Shown here piece after piece: positions 8,711-18,586 of a DNA stretch of 64,000 nt (position 1 is its first letter; every line of letters begins with the position of its first letter). The notes beneath the pieces are model-generated. The model worked only from the letters and a program-made list of their open reading frames with translations, ran no database searches and was not told the origin of the DNA. Both the position numbers and the translations under genes were made by a program. The DNA is from a bacterium (GTDB taxonomy: Bacteria > ARS69): NCBI GenBank assembly GCA_046330135.1, contig JAXLTI010000004.1, forward strand, positions 1,174,394-1,238,393. Reading direction: 5' to 3'.

Positions 8711-10441
8711 TCATTGCGCCACCGGCGCGCGCTGGTAGATGCGCACGAGGTCGATGCCCTTCAGCCCGAACGACTTCACGCCGTGATACGGACCGGCCTG
8801 CCCGTTCGTGAACAGCTTCCAGAGGAGACGCGAGGTCCAGTAGGCCTGATTCGTCTCGAGCACCCAGTAGTCCGCGCCCTGCGCGAAGGTGAAGTCGGCG
8901 CGCAGGAGACCGTAGCGCTGATACTCGCGGAGCGACGTGTACGACCCCGCGTTCCAGTCGATCGTGGCGCGCTCGGGGAGGTTCGCGTTGATCCAGCTCA
9001 CGACCTCCGGCGTCACCGCTTCCGCGCCCCAACAGGTGGACTCGAGGCCCGCCCCCTGAGGCGGCGGGAGTCCGGCGCGCGGTCCGTTCACGAACGCGTT
9101 GTAGTAGGCGAGCGGATAGGGCTGCACGGACGCCACGGCCCACACTCCGCATCCGAGAAGCGCCGCTCCCACGAGAAGCGGCGCCGCCTGCGCAACTCGA
9201 GGCGCGGGCGACCTGTCCGCGCGCAGCCATTTCTTCGCGCCGTCCATCAGCGTGGCGAAGCCGACCCCGGCGAGCACGCCCACGACGAGCGGAGCGAGGA
9301 GGAAGTGGCGAACGCCGTCGTAGACCGGAGAGCGCAGCGCCACGAACGGCAGCATCGACGCGGCGGCACCGAGGAGCAGCAGCGTCACGAGGCTGTGCCG
9401 GCGCCGCACGCGCACGCACGCGGCGGCCGCGAGCACCAGGAACGGAATGGGTGTGGTGAGCAAGAGCATCGCGGGCAGGTACGTGCGCGGCACGGTGTAG
9501 CCGTCGTACTGCGTCCCGAAGAAGTACACGGGGAAAGTGCGGTGGGCCAAGTGGAACTCGACGAGGTGGCGCAATCGGCCCACCGGGTCCGTCCAGAGAT
9601 ACGGCCACACGGCGTAGAAGAGAATCGCGGCGCCGATCGCGAGCGTCGCAGCGATGACCAAGGTCCGGCGCGGCGCCACGAGGAGGACCCAAGGCACGAT
9701 CGCCCCCACGAGGAAGAGCGCGTTCAGCTTCGTGGCCACCCCGAGGCCGAAGAGGGCGGCGAGCGGAAGGAGCCGTCGAGCGCCGAGGCGATCCGCGCGG
9801 GCCAGTCGCGCCACCCAGGCCAGCGTGGCCAGCTCGAGCGCCGCCACCGGCAAGTCGAGGCAGGCGAAGTGCGCGTGTCCGAAGACGTGCGGCATCGCGG
9901 GGAGCGCGGCGGCGGCGAAGAGCCCGGCGCTCGGGCCCGCCTCGGCCGCGGCCAGCCGGAACGCCGCGATCTGCGCGAGGAGCAGGAACACCAAGGCGCC
10001 CGCCCGAACGCCGGCGATCGGCCCGAGAGGTCCGGGGACCAGCGGGGCGCGGAGCGCGCCCGGGGAATCGACGCGCTCGTCGTAGTCCGCGCCGTACCGC
10101 TCCTGGGAAACGCCCGGCCCGAGCAGCGCATCGGAGGCCGCGTACACCCACTTCGCGAACGGCGGGTGCTCGACGTTGTACTCCCACACGGCGGGATCCG
10201 GAGCGCGGAGCGACGTCTCGCCCGCCGCCACCCGATGCACCCAGTCCTCGATCAGCCACGCGGCGCGGAAGTACCAGACCTCGTCCACGAACGTCCCGTA
10301 GTCGTCGAGCGTGGCGATCATGACGACTTGTGTCAGGAGGAGAATCGAGATGAGGACGATCATCGTCGCGCCGGGTCGCCGGCCAGCGAGGCGCGGAGCA
10401 TCGACGTGCGGAAGCGACGCGGCGTCGCCAGTCAGCTTCAT
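8711..10441 (-). CDS. GT-C fold membrane glycosyltransferase (PMT/ArnT, GT39/83-like)
   Basis: DE motif (FVDEVWY), EHPPFAK, GLGVATKLN, many TM helices, YDGVRHFL; ATG 10441 overlaps the upstream TGA. Confidence 0.8.
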   Translation of the reverse strand: MKLTGDAASLPHVDAPRLAGRRPGATMIVLISILLLTQVVMIATLDDYGTFVDEVWYFRAAWLIEDWVHRVAAGETSLRAPDPAVWEYNVEHPPFAKWVYAASDALLGPGVSQERYGADYDERVDSPGALRAPLVPGPLGPIAGVRAGALVFLLLAQIAAFRLAAAEAGPSAGLFAAAALPAMPHVFGHAHFACLDLPVAALELATLAWVARLARADRLGARRLLPLAALFGLGVATKLNALFLVGAIVPWVLLVAPRRTLVIAATLAIGAAILFYAVWPYLWTDPVGRLRHLVEFHLAHRTFPVYFFGTQYDGYTVPRTYLPAMLLLTTPIPFLVLAAAACVRVRRRHSLVTLLLLGAAASMLPFVALRSPVYDGVRHFLLAPLVVGVLAGVGFATLMDGAKKWLRADRSPAPRVAQAAPLLVGAALLGCGVWAVASVQPYPLAYYNAFVNGPRAGLPPPQGAGLESTCWGAEAVTPEVVSWINANLPERATIDWNAGSYTSLREYQRYGLLRADFTFAQGADYWVLETNQAYWTSRLLWKLFTNGQAGPYHGVKSFGLKGIDLVRIYQRAPVAQ

Positions 10442-11526
10442 TTCCGAAGCGCGCCGAGCAGATCCGGACTGTCCATGACCCAGCGTGCGAGCGCCCGCCC
10501 GGCCACGTGATTGCCGCGCTCGGTGAAGTGCCCGTCCCGCGGCAGGTACAGCCCGGCGATGCGCTGCTCCGCGGTGACCACCGGCAGCAGATCGATCGAT
10601 GGGATGCCCGCCGCCGCCACGCGACGCTGCAGCTCGGTCTGCAGCGGGATGTCCTCCGGCCGCGTCCTGGCGAGCGCGTAGACGTCCGCGGGCAGCCACA
10701 CGACCGCGAAGCGCGCGCCCAGGCCGTCGGCGATCTGCTTCATCCGCAGGATCTGCTTCTCGGAGAGATCGAGGCCGCGCTGGAACTCGGCGGGCGTGAA
10801 CTGCTTGAGCGGGCGGGCGCTGGGCATGCCGTGGAGGTAGCGGACGCGGAAGGTCTCCCACGCGGAGGAGAAGAGCCGGTAGAGATGGCTCTCGCGGGCG
10901 AGCCAGCTTTCGCGGAAGTACTGCTGCGTGAACGAGTCGAAGAGGTAGCCGTCCCGTACGCCGTAGGGGGCCGGCGCTCCCAGGAGATCGGCCAGCAAGT
11001 TATCCGTGTAGTCGTTCGCGAAGAAGCCGAGCAGCACCACGTCGGGCGCCACCTTCGCACCGATCTCTTCGAGAAGCCCCGCCTCGGAGCCGGTGCCGTA
11101 CGCGTTCACGCCGCAGTTCACGGTCTGCACCTTCGGGCCGCCCAGCCGCTCCAGCTCCTGCCCGAGAACGTGGATCCATTCCTTGCCCTGCGGGCAGCCC
11201 CAGCCCCACGTGAACGAGTCGCCGAAGGCGGCGATGCGCGGTCGCGTCTTCGGCCCGAGCTCCGCTCCGCGCAGCCCCAGCGAGTTCAGGGAGAACTCCG
11301 TGACCACGCCGTCGCGCTCGATCTTCCCTGCGAAATTCGGCGCCGGCCGGAAGCCGGCCTTCGCGTCGGGCACGTACATGCCCTTCAGCACGTACGTGCG
11401 AATCTGCTCCTGCGAGGGCAGGGTCTGCGGCGCGAAGATCCGCACGGCGATCTCGGCGAGCGGCAGCATGACGAGCAGCGTGATCGGAACGAGCAGGATC
11501 TCCGCGAGCCGAATCCGGCGGGTCAT
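10438..11526 (-). CDS. Membrane-anchored SGNH/GDSL hydrolase-like protein
   Basis: N-terminal TM; NSLGLRG, AFGDSFTWG (block I), NCGVNAYG, FANDY, DGHF (block V). Confidence 0.9.
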   Translation of the reverse strand: MTRRIRLAEILLVPITLLVMLPLAEIAVRIFAPQTLPSQEQIRTYVLKGMYVPDAKAGFRPAPNFAGKIERDGVVTEFSLNSLGLRGAELGPKTRPRIAAFGDSFTWGWGCPQGKEWIHVLGQELERLGGPKVQTVNCGVNAYGTGSEAGLLEEIGAKVAPDVVLLGFFANDYTDNLLADLLGAPAPYGVRDGYLFDSFTQQYFRESWLARESHLYRLFSSAWETFRVRYLHGMPSARPLKQFTPAEFQRGLDLSEKQILRMKQIADGLGARFAVVWLPADVYALARTRPEDIPLQTELQRRVAAAGIPSIDLLPVVTAEQRIAGLYLPRDGHFTERGNHVAGRALARWVMDSPDLLGALRK

Positions 11527-11527
11527 C

Positions 11528-13711
11528 TCACGCTCCGGCCGGGAACAGGGACGCGCGGCGACCGAAGATCGCGACCGCGGCCAGGAGCAGCAGGCCTGCG
11601 ATGAGCAGGAATCTCCTCGAAGGATCCGGGCGGAAGCGCAGCGCCACGTCGTGCTCGCCCGGCGCGAGCGGCACGCCGACGAAGCTCGGCATGAGCTGCC
11701 TCGTGGCGGCCGGCGCACCGTCGACCGTGGCGCGCCACAGCGGGTGATACGTCATCTTCAGCACGAGATCCCCCGGCCGATCGACGCGCACGCGTGCAAG
11801 GAAGTCCTCGCCCTCGCGCCGCACCGACAGCACTTCGCCCACGGGCGAGGCCGGCGGCGAGGCCGGCGGGAAGCGGAAGTCCACGTCGTCCGCCGCGATC
11901 CCTTCACCCTCGCCAGGGCCTCCTTCCTCGCGGAGATGCACGGCCGGGTGAATGCCTCGCGCGGGCTGGTCGCTCCGGAGCCACGCGGCGTGGAGCCTGG
12001 AGACGTTGCGCTTGGCCACGTCGAGACGGTACGGCACGTCGACGAGCTGCACCAGGCCCGGACCGTCCACGCCGTACACGCAGAAGCGACCTTGCTGCGC
12101 GAGCGGGTGCGCGAAGGGCGGCACGTGCAGTCCCGCGGGGGCGATGATCCGGCGCACGCCGAGCGCGCGGTAGTTCGAGGGATCCCCCTCGTCGAATGCG
12201 TCGTGGAGATCCGAGTTCAACGACTCCATGTGGTAGAGGTAGCCGAGCCCGTCCATCTCGTGGAACGCGAACCACGCGTACACCGGCACCCAGCCCACGA
12301 GGAACGTCCCGCCCCACGGCGTATTCAGCCCGCCGAGCCCCGCGTAGGTGCGGCCCTCGCGGTCGCCGGCGGCGATCGAGAGCGCCCGGTCCAGCGCCGG
12401 ACCCTCCGCGGCGTAGCCGGCAGCCGACTCGCGAACCAGCTCGGCGTTGCGGAGGAGATACGACGTGCGCTCCGCCAGCAGCGGAACGAACGCGAGCAGA
12501 GCGAGCGCACCGGCCCACGCGATCCCCGCCGGGCGCCGACTCGCGAAGCGCAGGGCGCCGCCGAGGAAGACCCCGGCGAGCATCGTGCCGAACACGTGCA
12601 CGCCGAACACCGCGCGCGAGTAGTGGAAGCCCGATCCCAGCGGCACGAGCTTCAAGAGATCTCCCCACGTGGGGCGCCCGAAGTAGAGAAGCAGGAAGAA
12701 CACGAAGAGCGCGAGCAGCGTCCGCTCGCCCTCGCGCCGGACGCGGATCGCAGCGAGCACGACGCCCGCGCCGACCAGCCCGGTGAGTACCGGCAACGGT
12801 CCGAAGGAGCGGCCGGCGATCGTCACGATCCGCGTGAAGTCGAAGATCTCGCCCTGGACGAGCCAGGGCAGGATGACGCCCGCTCCGAAGCTGTTGTACT
12901 TCCAGGTGGGCACGAGCGTGCTCACGTTGTACCAGGCGAAGTCGCGGACGATGGGCAGCAGCATCCACGAGCAGCCGGCTCCCGCGACGAGCCCGAGGAC
13001 GGCGAGACGCAGGAGGCGACGCGGCGCCTCGCGCGGCGTGACGAGCGCAATCACTCCGCCCGCGAGGCAAGCCATCGTGCCGAGCGCGAGGTGCGAGAGA
13101 AACGTGATCGCCAGGAGGACGGCGGCCACGCTCCAGCTCCGCCCGGTGCGCAGGGCCGTGGCGATCCACGCGACGGTGAGCGGGAAGACCCACCCGCCGA
13201 CCGCCTGCGTGTACTCGCCGAGCCCCTGCCACACGTAGCTCTCGAGATCGTTGCCGTGCAGGTAGTTCGTCTTCACGAGCGGCGCCAGCGCGGCCGCGGC
13301 CACCGCCTCGACGCGCCCGAACCCCAGCCGCCGCGTCGCGACGTACACCGGCACGGGGAGCGTGCCGATGGCCGCCCACTGCATCAGCTGGAAGCACCGG
13401 ACGAGGGAGACCCCGTGGCCGAGGAGCTTCCAGAGCCCGATCACGAGGAAGTGGGGGAGGCTCTGGTAGTAGTGGAAGACGGGGAAGCCGAGGCACCAGG
13501 TGGAGATCCAGGGGTCGAGCACGCTCTGCCCGCGCAGGCGCGCGCTCGCGAGCGAGCGGATGAGGCCGAAGTGCAGCACGTCGTCGTTGAGGAACGGAAA
13601 CGGATGACGCACCTGCACGAACAAGAGGCCCAGCAGCCACGCGCACGCGGCGGCGACGCATGCCGCCGCCGCGCGCGCGCCGCGAGATCGCCCCGCGGGC
13701 CCCTCGGTCAT
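11528..13711 (-). CDS. Polytopic membrane protein, GT-C/YfhO-like (PTPS-related membrane family)
   Basis: LNDDVLH, W..GFPVFHYYQ.LPH, many TM helices, C-terminal YHPLWRATVDG..F.GV.L.PGEH.V.LRF; ATG 13711 overlaps the M16 stop. Confidence 0.75.
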   Translation of the reverse strand: MTEGPAGRSRGARAAAACVAAACAWLLGLLFVQVRHPFPFLNDDVLHFGLIRSLASARLRGQSVLDPWISTWCLGFPVFHYYQSLPHFLVIGLWKLLGHGVSLVRCFQLMQWAAIGTLPVPVYVATRRLGFGRVEAVAAAALAPLVKTNYLHGNDLESYVWQGLGEYTQAVGGWVFPLTVAWIATALRTGRSWSVAAVLLAITFLSHLALGTMACLAGGVIALVTPREAPRRLLRLAVLGLVAGAGCSWMLLPIVRDFAWYNVSTLVPTWKYNSFGAGVILPWLVQGEIFDFTRIVTIAGRSFGPLPVLTGLVGAGVVLAAIRVRREGERTLLALFVFFLLLYFGRPTWGDLLKLVPLGSGFHYSRAVFGVHVFGTMLAGVFLGGALRFASRRPAGIAWAGALALLAFVPLLAERTSYLLRNAELVRESAAGYAAEGPALDRALSIAAGDREGRTYAGLGGLNTPWGGTFLVGWVPVYAWFAFHEMDGLGYLYHMESLNSDLHDAFDEGDPSNYRALGVRRIIAPAGLHVPPFAHPLAQQGRFCVYGVDGPGLVQLVDVPYRLDVAKRNVSRLHAAWLRSDQPARGIHPAVHLREEGGPGEGEGIAADDVDFRFPPASPPASPVGEVLSVRREGEDFLARVRVDRPGDLVLKMTYHPLWRATVDGAPAATRQLMPSFVGVPLAPGEHDVALRFRPDPSRRFLLIAGLLLLAAVAIFGRRASLFPAGA

Positions 13712-16434
13712 CGCGCGACCGCGACCACCGGCGATCGGAACGCCAGGTACTTCGCCGCCACGCGCGCCACGTCCTGCGGCGTCACCGCCCGGAGCCGGGG
13801 CACGTCCGCGTCGAGCGCGGTGGGATCGCGGCCGCGCAGCTCCGCCATCGCCATCGCGTAGGCGATCCCCATGCGCGAGAGCCGACGCATGCGCTCGGTC
13901 CCTTCGCTCCGGTTCCGTACGCCCTCGAGATCGTCCGCGCCCGGCGGCGCCTGCTCGAGCGTCGCGGCGATCTCGAGCATGCCCTTCTCCATGCGGTCGA
14001 GGTTCTGAGCGCGCGTGCCCGCTTCCATCAGCACGCACGCACCCGTTCCGTCGAGCCGCGCAGTCGCGCCGATCGAGTACGCCAGGCCTTCCTTCTCGCG
14101 CAGGCGCTCGGACAGCCGATCCGAGAGGACGGAAGCGGCGAGGCGGACCGCGAGCCGGTCCGCGGGATCCACGCTCAGCGGCGCGCCCACCACGATCCAC
14201 GACTGCTCGCGGCCGACCGGCTTCTCCACGCGCGCGGACTCCGGCTTCGCCGTCCACGCGAGCGGCGGAAGAGCCGTCGACGGGATCGAGTGCTTGCCGA
14301 AGGTGCGCCGCGCCGCCTCGAAGATCACGTCGACCGGCAGATTCGAGGAGACGGTGAGGATCACGTTCGCCGGCGCCACGATGGCCTGGTGCAGGCGTCG
14401 CGCGGTGTCGAGGTCCAGATGCTTCAGCGCGTCGGCCGGTCCGTACACGCCGCCTGCCAGGGGATGGCCCGTGCCGAGCGCGTCGTAGAAGCTCGCTTCC
14501 GCCACGGCCCGCGGCGTCCCCGCGTCGTGGTCCGCGCGGAGCGCGGCCGCATCCAGCGCCTTCTGGAAGTTCTCCGGCGAGAAGTCCGGCGCGTAGATGA
14601 CCTCGTCCAGCAGCTCGAGGGCCGCGAGGCCCCAGAGGTCGATCGACTCGAGGCGGACGTACGAGTACTCCGGCGAGAAGTAGTAGTCGTCGTAGGGGAG
14701 ATTGTCGATGTCCGTGGTCTTGAGCGTGGCGCCGTAGGCCGCGAGCAGCCCGCGCAGCTCGTCGGCGCTGCGCTTCGCCGTGCGCTCGCCCATCATCCGC
14801 TGCACCACGTCCACCGCGCCGCGCGGCGCATGCAGCTCGGCCTCGTGACGCGCGCGATCCTCGAGGAGCACGTGCGCCGCGAAGGTGCGCGAGTCCGGCG
14901 ACGCGTGTGCCACGACCACCAGGCCGTTGTCCAGCACGATGCGCTTCGTCTCGGTGCGCGTGGTCCGGGGCGGAGCGGGCGGCAGGGGCGCCGGCTCGCC
15001 GTGTCCGCCGCCTTCGAGCCACGAGGCGGCGGCGATGCCGGGGACCGGTCCCACCGTGGCGCTGCCGTCGGCCACGCTGTCGCCGCAGGCGGTGACCAGC
15101 ACGCGCCCGTCGGCGACGATCCCCTGCAGCAACGCCTGGGCGGCGCGCTCGGCGACGGCCAGGTCGTCGGTCTCGTGAAGGGCCGCGGCAGGATCGAGAG
15201 CGAGCACGTCGGCCCGCATGAGGCCGTAGTAGTGCATCTTCTCGCGCAACGAGATGTCGTCGGCGAGGAGCGCGCGCCGGGACGACTCGCGATCGGATAC
15301 GTTCGCGCCGCGCGCGGCGATCGAGCCGAGGTGCGCGAGCAGCGCGTTCACCACGGGCTGCACGTCCTTCGTTTCCACGGGCAGATCCACCGCGATCGTG
15401 AGGACCGAGGACGGGTCGATCGAGACGGATGCATCGAGCGGATGGATCCCGGTCGCCTCCACCGCGCGCCGCACGGCGGATTGCTCGCCGGACGAGAGCA
15501 GATTCTCCAGGAACGCCGCGCCGGCGAAGCCGTCGCCCTCGAGCGTGGGACCCGGCATCATCAAGTGCATTCGCGTCTTGCCGAGCCCGGCGAGGTGTTT
15601 CGTCACCAGGGTCCGCCCCACGGGAAACGGGGGCCGCGCGCGCAGGGGCGCCACGCGCTCCGACGCGCCGCCGTACAGCCTGACGATCTCGGCGCGCGCC
15701 TGCTCGACGTCGAAATCCCCCATCACGACGATCGTCATCCCCGACGGGCGGTAGCGCGCCTGGTAGAACGCCACGACGGAGTCGCGCGGCATCGCCGAGA
15801 TGGTGGCCTCCGTGCCGAGCACGGGAAGCGAGCGCGGGTCCTCGCCCCAGAGCGCCTTCCCCTCGAACACGCCGGCGTCGTACTCGGGATCCGTGCGGTC
15901 CTTCGCCAGCTCCTCGAGGATGATCCCCTTCTCCTTCTCGAACATGTCCGCGGGAATCGTCGAGTGCAGGAGCATGTCCGCCTGCAGCGCGAGGCCGTCG
16001 CGCCAGCGCTCCGAAGGGAGCAGCAGCTGGAAGACCGTCCGCTCGGCCTGCGTGGAGGCGTTGTTGTACGCGCCCAGCAAGTCGGTCTGCGCGTAGATCT
16101 GCTCGCGCGTCCGCGTCTGCGTCCCGTTGAAGAGGAGGTGCTCGAGGTAGTGCGCGGCGCCGTTGGTGCTCGGCGTCTCGAGGACCGACCCCGCGGGCAC
16201 CAGTACCGTGCACGAGAACATGGGGACCGAGCGTTGCGGGATGAACACGAGCTGCGGTCCGCCGGGCAGCCGCTCCACGCGCGCCATGTCCGCGGGAACC
16301 GAGGGGACGGCCGGTGTCACGGGGGGCGGTGTCGCGGGCGGCGTGGCGGGAGGCGTCACCTTGTTCGCGGCGCCCGCCTGCACGCAGAGCAGCGCGACCC
16401 ATGCGACGGCGAAGCTCGAAAGTCTCGTTCTCAT
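13708..16434 (-). CDS. Secreted M16 (pitrilysin-family) zinc peptidase, two-half single chain
   Basis: GGAGG RBS, signal peptide, GAAHYLEHLLFNGT (HxxEH), NAST, EKGIILEE, second half RLSERLREKEGLAYSIG. Confidence 0.92.
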   Translation of the reverse strand: MRTRLSSFAVAWVALLCVQAGAANKVTPPATPPATPPPVTPAVPSVPADMARVERLPGGPQLVFIPQRSVPMFSCTVLVPAGSVLETPSTNGAAHYLEHLLFNGTQTRTREQIYAQTDLLGAYNNASTQAERTVFQLLLPSERWRDGLALQADMLLHSTIPADMFEKEKGIILEELAKDRTDPEYDAGVFEGKALWGEDPRSLPVLGTEATISAMPRDSVVAFYQARYRPSGMTIVVMGDFDVEQARAEIVRLYGGASERVAPLRARPPFPVGRTLVTKHLAGLGKTRMHLMMPGPTLEGDGFAGAAFLENLLSSGEQSAVRRAVEATGIHPLDASVSIDPSSVLTIAVDLPVETKDVQPVVNALLAHLGSIAARGANVSDRESSRRALLADDISLREKMHYYGLMRADVLALDPAAALHETDDLAVAERAAQALLQGIVADGRVLVTACGDSVADGSATVGPVPGIAAASWLEGGGHGEPAPLPPAPPRTTRTETKRIVLDNGLVVVAHASPDSRTFAAHVLLEDRARHEAELHAPRGAVDVVQRMMGERTAKRSADELRGLLAAYGATLKTTDIDNLPYDDYYFSPEYSYVRLESIDLWGLAALELLDEVIYAPDFSPENFQKALDAAALRADHDAGTPRAVAEASFYDALGTGHPLAGGVYGPADALKHLDLDTARRLHQAIVAPANVILTVSSNLPVDVIFEAARRTFGKHSIPSTALPPLAWTAKPESARVEKPVGREQSWIVVGAPLSVDPADRLAVRLAASVLSDRLSERLREKEGLAYSIGATARLDGTGACVLMEAGTRAQNLDRMEKGMLEIAATLEQAPPGADDLEGVRNRSEGTERMRRLSRMGIAYAMAMAELRGRDPTALDADVPRLRAVTPQDVARVAAKYLAFRSPVVAVAR

Positions 16435-16653
16435 CGTCGACCTCCAGGGGGAGCCGAGCATAGGCGAGCCGTCCGTGCCGCGCCAGGGGCGCCCTCTAAG
16501 GAGTGGCCGGCCGGCTCGTGCAGGGCCGCCGTCGAGCCCGGCCGGGGCGTCCGGCGGCTGCGACATCCGGGCGGGTGTGCTAACGTTCCCGGCGTTCTTG
16601 CGCCGCTTCGAAGACGGCGCCGTTCGTCGGGCAGCTTCGGAAGGGAGGACGGG

Positions 16654-17313
16654 ATGAAGCGCATCGTCATCATGCTCGCCATCGTCGCCTTGGTGGTCGG
16701 CGGGGTGGGCTGCACGCAGACGCAGAAGGGTGGCGCGATCGGCGGCAGCGCCGGCGCCATCATCGGCGGGCTCATCGGCAAGCAGTCGGGGCACACCGCG
16801 ACCGGTGCGATCATCGGCGCGGCGGTCGGCGGCGCCACCGGCGCCACCATCGGTCACTACATGGACAAGCAGAAGCAGGAGCTGGATCAGGACCTCAAGG
16901 GCGCGAAGATCGAGCGCGTCGGCGAGGGCATCAAGATCACGTTCGACTCCGGCATCCTCTTCGACGTCAACAAGGCGGACCTGCGGCCCGAGGCGCAGAC
17001 GAACCTGCAGAGCCTCGCGAAGGTCCTCAACAAGTACGCGGACACGAAGGTCCTGATCGAGGGCCACACGGACTCGGACGGCTCCGAGGACTACAACCTG
17101 ACCCTGTCGCAGCGCCGCGCGCAGGCGGTCGCGAACTACATCTCGGGGCTCCAGGTGGACGCCACCCGCCTCACCACGATGGGCTACGGCGAAGCGCAGC
17201 CGATCGCGTCGAACGAGACGGCGGAAGGCAAGCAGCAGAACCGCCGCGTCGAGATCGCGATCATGGCGAACGACGAGCTGAAGAAGAAGGCGGAGAACGG
17301 CCAGCTCGGTTAG
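16654..17313 (+). CDS. OmpA-family lipoprotein with glycine zipper
   Basis: Lipobox GVGC, GG.IGG..GA glycine zipper, FDSGILFD, IEGHTD, YNLTLSQRRA, NRRVEI. Confidence 0.95.
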   Translation: MKRIVIMLAIVALVVGGVGCTQTQKGGAIGGSAGAIIGGLIGKQSGHTATGAIIGAAVGGATGATIGHYMDKQKQELDQDLKGAKIERVGEGIKITFDSGILFDVNKADLRPEAQTNLQSLAKVLNKYADTKVLIEGHTDSDGSEDYNLTLSQRRAQAVANYISGLQVDATRLTTMGYGEAQPIASNETAEGKQQNRRVEIAIMANDELKKKAENGQLG

Positions 17314-17404
17314 GACAGCTCGGTCAGGACACGTCGGGCCGGGCTCGCCACGTCGAGCTCGGCCCACACGTTCGGGCCGAGCCCGCCCTGTCGAGCTCGG
17401 CCCA
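17302..17404. repeat. 14-bp direct repeat over the ompA stop followed by two tandem 37-38 bp palindromic (REP-like) units
   Basis: CAGCTCGGT(T/C)AGGA x2 at 17302-17329; CACGT(T)CGGGCCG.GC.CGCC..GTCGAGCTCGGCCCA x2 at 17330-17404. Confidence 0.7.
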
Positions 17405-17428
17405 TCACGTTCTCGAGGGGGTGGAGTC

Positions 17429-18103
17429 GTGGCTTCGAACGCCAGTGTCTTCGCGGCGGAAGCCGTGGGCACGTTCTTCCTCACGTTCTTCGGGGCGGGA
17501 GCGATCCTGCAGAACACGTCGATGGGCGCCGCGGGGTACGGGCTCCTCGGCATCGCGCTCGCGCACGGGATCGCTCTGTCGATCGCGATCACGGCCGCCG
17601 GCGCCACATCGGGCGGTCACATCAACCCGGCGGTCTCCATCGCGCTCGCGGCCTCGGGCAAGGTGCCGTGGCCGCGCGTCCCCCTCTACATCGTGGCGCA
17701 GGTCTTCGGGTCCGCGGTGGCCGCGTTCTTCCTGACGCGGATCTTCTCGGCCGACGTCGTGACCACGGCCGGGCTCGGAACGCCGGCGCCGGCCGCGGGC
17801 GTGTCCTTCGCCACCGTGATCTTCCTCGAAGCCGTCATGACGTTCCTGCTCGTCTGGGCGGTGTGCGGCACCGCGGTGGATCCGCGCGCGCCGAAGATCG
17901 GCGGCTTCGGGATCGGGCTCGCGGTGTTCGTCGACATCCTCGTGGGCGGCCCCATCACCGGCGCCTCCATGAACCCTGCGCGCTCGATCGGGCCGGCGCT
18001 CGTGAGCGGCGTGTGGACCATGCACGCGGCCTACTGGATCGGTCCCATCGTGGGCGGCGTGCTCGCGAGCCTGCTCTACAAGGCCTTCCTCGAGAAAGCG
18101 TGA
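17429..18103 (+). CDS. MIP family channel (aquaporin)
   Basis: SGGHINPAV and GASMNPARS NPA boxes, AYWIGP. Confidence 0.95.
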   Translation: MASNASVFAAEAVGTFFLTFFGAGAILQNTSMGAAGYGLLGIALAHGIALSIAITAAGATSGGHINPAVSIALAASGKVPWPRVPLYIVAQVFGSAVAAFFLTRIFSADVVTTAGLGTPAPAAGVSFATVIFLEAVMTFLLVWAVCGTAVDPRAPKIGGFGIGLAVFVDILVGGPITGASMNPARSIGPALVSGVWTMHAAYWIGPIVGGVLASLLYKAFLEKA

Positions 18104-18148
18104 GCGGGGCGGACCCGTCGCGCTGACCCGTCCGGGCCCGGCGATCCC

Positions 18149-18196
18149 TTGCCGGGCCCGTTCTTCGGTATTATATTTCGCCATATGACCATATGA
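18149..18196 (+). promoter_or_regulatory. Sigma70-type promoter and probable ArsR operator
   Basis: TTGCCG-17bp-TATATT (18149-18177) followed by CCATATGA x2 in an AT-rich island just before arsR. Confidence 0.65.
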
Positions 18197-18208
18197 CGGA
18201 GGCGTGTC

Positions 18209-18586
18209 GTGCGCGACCTCGAGACGGCCCTCAAGGCGGCAGGCGATCCCACCCGCACGCGGATCCTGAAGCTGCTCGAGAAGAGCCCCTTGTGCGTCTG
18301 CCAGATCCAGGCCGTGCTGGACCTCGCCCCGTCCACGATCTCGAAGCACCTCGCGCTCCTGAAGGCGGCCGGGCTCGTCGTGGACCGGCGCGACGGCAAG
18401 TGGGTGGAGTACGCGCTCGCCGAGCGGTCGGACAACCCGTACGCGAGGCCGCTGCTCGATTTGCTCCGGGGTCCCCTGGACCGGGACGGCGCGATCCGCG
18501 CGGACCGGACCCGCTTGCGCCAGGTCCAGGCCGTGCCTCGCGAAACGCTCTGCCAGATCTCGCTCCCGGAGCGCCGCCGTGACTGA
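18209..18586 (+). CDS. arsR: ArsR/SmtB metalloregulator
   Basis: DPTRTRIL, LCVCQ, STISKHL..LK.AGLV, R.GKWV.Y. Confidence 0.93.
   Translation: MRDLETALKAAGDPTRTRILKLLEKSPLCVCQIQAVLDLAPSTISKHLALLKAAGLVVDRRDGKWVEYALAERSDNPYARPLLDLLRGPLDRDGAIRADRTRLRQVQAVPRETLCQISLPERRRD

Noticed and set aside
17330-17404. Mini CRISPR array
   Set aside because: Only two abutting units, no spacers and no cas genes
11528-17607. 1624-aa and 1299-aa giant ORFs
   Set aside because: Upstream extensions are spurious; RBS and coupling place the real starts at 13711 and 16434
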